Virus record (IMG/VR): IMGVR_UViG_3300033141_003493
Span: 1-58,150 of that record
Source of the DNA: a virus
Taxonomy: Duplodnaviria; Caudoviricetes
DNA length: 58,150 bases
Reading direction: 5' to 3' (one strand)
The position numbers and the translations under genes were made by a program. The notes under the pieces were generated by a model, which was not told the DNA's origin, searched no databases, and was given only the letters and a program-made list of their open reading frames with translations. Positions 55,707 to 58,150 of this stretch are shown here, in pieces (positions within the stretch are counted from its first letter, which is position 1; each line of letters opens with the position of its first letter).

Positions 55707-56033
55707 CTAGCCGATCTGAACCTTGACGCCCTCAGTGTCTACGGTCCACTCTGCGGGGTCTTCGTTGCTGCTCTTGGTAAAGCCCCGGTTTATCCAGAGG
55801 CCGCCAGGCACGCACTCGGGGTGATGTTGAGCGTCAAAGCGTTGCGCGGCCTGGCAGATATACCGCCATGTCTTTTCGTGCACCCGTGGCCAGCCTTCGA
55901 TTTGGCGCACCTGCTGCCATGGTATACCCGTGGCCTCTATCACGTAGCGGTAGAGGTCCAAGAGCCAGTCGCCCTGGTTGCTTGCGTCTGCGAATGCGGC
56001 GTCGATTCGTTCCTTGCTCAACTTTACGATCAT
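55707..56033 (-). CDS. hypothetical early protein
   Basis: 108 aa, SD AAGGAGG. Confidence 0.65.
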   Translation of the reverse strand: MIVKLSKERIDAAFADASNQGDWLLDLYRYVIEATGIPWQQVRQIEGWPRVHEKTWRYICQAAQRFDAQHHPECVPGGLWINRGFTKSSNEDPAEWTVDTEGVKVQIG

Positions 56034-56115
56034 GTGAACCTCCTTGCCGGCCTATTGTCGCCCGACCGGCGGGGCTTGTGTTGCTCGGCCTTGGCGCTCA
56101 CGGTGAGCCGCCGGG

Positions 56116-56319
56116 CTAGTTTGTGGGTTTTACCGTTACCGTGATTCGCTTGGCCGACGCTCCGCTCTGGCTCCCCCACCTCTCCACTACCCATTTTTGG
56201 AGGTAGAGGCTGCCGATTCTTATCGGTTCGCCCGGTCCCGGCACCTCCTCGTATCGCAATGCGTTTTTGGTCTCTTTTGCGACCTCAAACGCTACGGTGA
56301 TACCGTCGTGTTCGGTCAT
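56116..56319 (-). CDS. small beta-rich early protein
   Basis: KETKNALRYEE...IGSLYLQK; SD AGGAGG. Confidence 0.65.
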   Translation of the reverse strand: MTEHDGITVAFEVAKETKNALRYEEVPGPGEPIRIGSLYLQKWVVERWGSQSGASAKRITVTVKPTN

Positions 56320-56681
56320 GCTGTTACCTCCTCGGCGTCTACCCGTAGCAGCAGATCGATCACCTGCTCGTAGATATGTGGATACCAACGGCAGCGCTCC
56401 AGCAGCTCCATCATCTGGCCCTGTTTCTCGGCCGGAGCCTGTGCGACCAGTTCCTTACCCCAGGCGATTAGCGCCCGCTCCGCCTCGATTAGCTCGTCGA
56501 GCGCTTCGCGGTATCCAGATTCATCATCAAGTCGTACCGCAGCCTCGGCGTAAGCCTGCAGCTGGTCATCTGTCGCGTGTCGGGGCAGCGGCGGCAGTTC
56601 TCCCCTCCGCCGGTTCCGCTCTTGCTCGGCGACCTCCAGGGCCGCCTTAGCCCAGATACAGCGCAACTGTACGGCGTTCAT
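56316..56681 (-). CDS. hypothetical helical early protein
   Basis: SD AAGGAGG, ATG 56681. Confidence 0.6.
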   Translation of the reverse strand: MNAVQLRCIWAKAALEVAEQERNRRRGELPPLPRHATDDQLQAYAEAAVRLDDESGYREALDELIEAERALIAWGKELVAQAPAEKQGQMMELLERCRWYPHIYEQVIDLLLRVDAEEVTA

Positions 56682-56878
56682 TGCTCCCTCCTTAGCCAAT
56701 CGCTGAGAACGGTTGTGCCAGTTTCGGCGTCGGCTGCTGCCTGGCACATGGCATTTAGCAACTCCCGCGCCCGAGCGTCGGCGGCCATTGCCCTGATCTC
56801 TCGCTCAGACGCGCCCAGGTGCATAGCCTCCGCCACTATCTCCTGACGTATCTCTATCGCCCGCTGAGTCATTCTCAT
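56678..56878 (-). CDS. hypothetical early protein
   Basis: 66 aa, SD GGGAGG. Confidence 0.6.
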   Translation of the reverse strand: MRMTQRAIEIRQEIVAEAMHLGASEREIRAMAADARARELLNAMCQAAADAETGTTVLSDWLRREQ

Positions 56879-56915
56879 GTGTCGCCTCCCTTCCTTTGCC
56901 GGAGGTGGGGCGGGG

Positions 56916-57191
56916 TTACACCCGCCTCACCTCATAAGCAACCAATGCCGCGCCCGCCGCGTCCATCTCGGCCGGCGTCAAGTCCTGCCCCCGCTGCTCC
57001 GGTCGGAGCCGGGGCAGGTCGATGGTGACCACCCGGGCGGCTTCCGCCGCCAGGTGGAGGGGCAGCGTCCCGTAAACGACACGGCCCCGAACGTCTTCGG
57101 CGGTAGCGTGCTCGATCACGCGCCCCGTGATTCCGTGCCGGCGCAGCCACTCAACCGCGCCGGCATGACGCGAAACGATCACGATATCCAT
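56916..57191 (-). CDS. csx16: Csx16 (Cas_VVA1548)-family protein, candidate cOA ring nuclease
   Basis: SRHAGAVEWL, GTLPLHLAA, RGQDLTPAEM...GA.L..Y.V motifs; SD AGGAGG. Confidence 0.8.
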   Translation of the reverse strand: MDIVIVSRHAGAVEWLRRHGITGRVIEHATAEDVRGRVVYGTLPLHLAAEAARVVTIDLPRLRPEQRGQDLTPAEMDAAGAALVAYEVRRV

Positions 57192-57233
57192 GTTGTACCT
57201 CCTCGCTGCTGAGGGCCTGCTTGACAGCATACG

Positions 57234-57500
57234 CTACCAATGCCAGGGTGGCGCGAAGCGATGATATTCATGTCCCCCCTCCTTTGGCGCTTTGGTCCAG
57301 AACAAGCGCCATGTCAAGCCGTCGGGTATCTGGCGCGGTGAGATATCCCCCGGCAGGCTGTCGGGTGGGAAGGTCCGGATTCTTATCCTTCCCTCTTGCC
57401 GGTAGAGGATATAATCGCCGCCGGTCCCCGGGTCTGTTGCGATTGCTCCAGGCCCGCCGCCTTCAAGCATAACGTGAAGCCATACCTCGGTCGGGATCAT
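57234..57500 (-). CDS. first gene behind promoter copy 2 (paralog of 1739-1963)
   Basis: MIPTEV...PDGLTWRLFW; SD AAGGGGG. Confidence 0.65.
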   Translation of the reverse strand: MIPTEVWLHVMLEGGGPGAIATDPGTGGDYILYRQEGRIRIRTFPPDSLPGDISPRQIPDGLTWRLFWTKAPKEGGHEYHRFAPPWHW

Positions 57501-57533
57501 GGTCCGCCCCCTTTCGCCTATGGCTGTCTCACT

Positions 57534-57620
57534 CGCTTACAATGTAACACACAGTTACGATTTTGTCAAGTCCCCGGGGCCTAGATTCGGGGATTCGTTG
57601 GAGATTTTCACAAAGTCCGC
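57534..57620. repeat. 87-bp exact direct repeat, copy 2, containing the leftward TTGACA-17-TACATT promoter
   Basis: identical to 1998-2084. Confidence 0.95.
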
Positions 57621-57633
57621 AGGGAGGGCGAGG

Positions 57634-57822
57634 ATGGAACGCTTGGAGTTTGTGGCCGTACTCGCGCCAATACAATCTGCTGTCAAGATTCACCCCGAAG
57701 GCGGCGGGCGTCTGATCTTCGACGTAGACGATCAGAGCCTCCGGCGGATATGGCCGGTGCTGCCGGATTGGCGCGACATTTTGCTAAGGGTTACGGTGGA
57801 GCCTATGCCCGGCGCTCGGTAA
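57634..57822 (+). CDS. small hypothetical protein
   Basis: SD GGAGG, MERLEFVAVL... Confidence 0.55.
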   Translation: MERLEFVAVLAPIQSAVKIHPEGGGRLIFDVDDQSLRRIWPVLPDWRDILLRVTVEPMPGAR

Positions 57823-57826
57823 AACT

Positions 57827-57855
57827 GGAGGCCCTAGCTCTATGCTAGGGCCTCC
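57827..57855. terminator. hairpin between convergent genes
   Basis: GGAGGCCCTAGC-TCTAT-GCTAGGGCCTCC. Confidence 0.7.
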
Positions 57856-57865
57856 AACCGGCGGC

Positions 57866-58150
57866 TTAGGCCCAGCGCTCCACCCACGACCGTTCAAGTG
57901 TTTCGGCTGCTTGCTCGATGGTCTTCGGGTCATCTGGTGATAGGCCCCATTCTCCCGGGTGTTCTCGCATGTATCGGGCACACTCTTCAAAGTATTCTCG
58001 ATCATGTGCTGCAACCTTGGGGTTTAGCAGCCATGCCAGATTAGACAGGTCATGGTACGTCAGTTCCGCCGCACAGGGCAGCTGTGAGACGTACCGACCG
58101 ATTACGTCTTTGGTTCGTAGGTTGTAGCCCGCCGCCCGTAAGTATTTCGC
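57866..58150 (-). CDS. 5'-truncated hypothetical protein (runs off the window end)
   Basis: open frame of 94 codons AKYLRAAGYNLRTKD...ERWA*. Confidence 0.6.
   Translation of the reverse strand, partial: AKYLRAAGYNLRTKDVIGRYVSQLPCAAELTYHDLSNLAWLLNPKVAAHDREYFEECARYMREHPGEWGLSPDDPKTIEQAAETLERSWVERWA

Overview
This window is a near-complete, GC-rich temperate tailed phage genome with podovirus-like structure: no tape measure, sheath or tube genes are recognisable, but there are large ejection proteins. It appears to be in the excised (attP) state, and both window ends fall in the same leftward small-gene region. The + strand carries terS, terL, portal, a duplicated beta-propeller fibre module, a trypsin-like protease, ejection proteins (including a 3273-aa polyvalent protein with ART-like, DdrB-ParB-like and LPD38-like domains), scaffold, major capsid, adaptor/nozzle, tail fibre and lysins. 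Next come a tyrosine integrase beside a tRNA-Ser(GGA) 3' half (attP), a repressor/RHH switch, and recombination and replication genes (Rad52/Sak, PD-(D/E)XK exonuclease, primase, initiator, DnaB), a methylase, a sigma-region-4 regulator, holin and HNH. About 25 small leftward genes (52.2-58.15 kb plus 0-2 kb) are driven by an exactly duplicated 87-bp strong promoter. The host is probably Chloroflexota, inferred from the AGAAC-N4-GTTCT SOS box and the lysin types. Most notable: (i) a stand-alone Csx16-family gene, a candidate anti-type III ring nuclease, in a hairpin-punctuated early gene array; (ii) two 7-blade propeller cassettes with constant frameworks and hypervariable mosaic loops, suggesting blade shuffling; (iii) a dispersed covarying double-hairpin repeat whose second hairpin matches the attP tRNA anticodon arm; (iv) a LexA-boxed promoter firing antisense into a repressor that lacks a protease domain. 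All family calls are motif recognition by eye; no searches were run.
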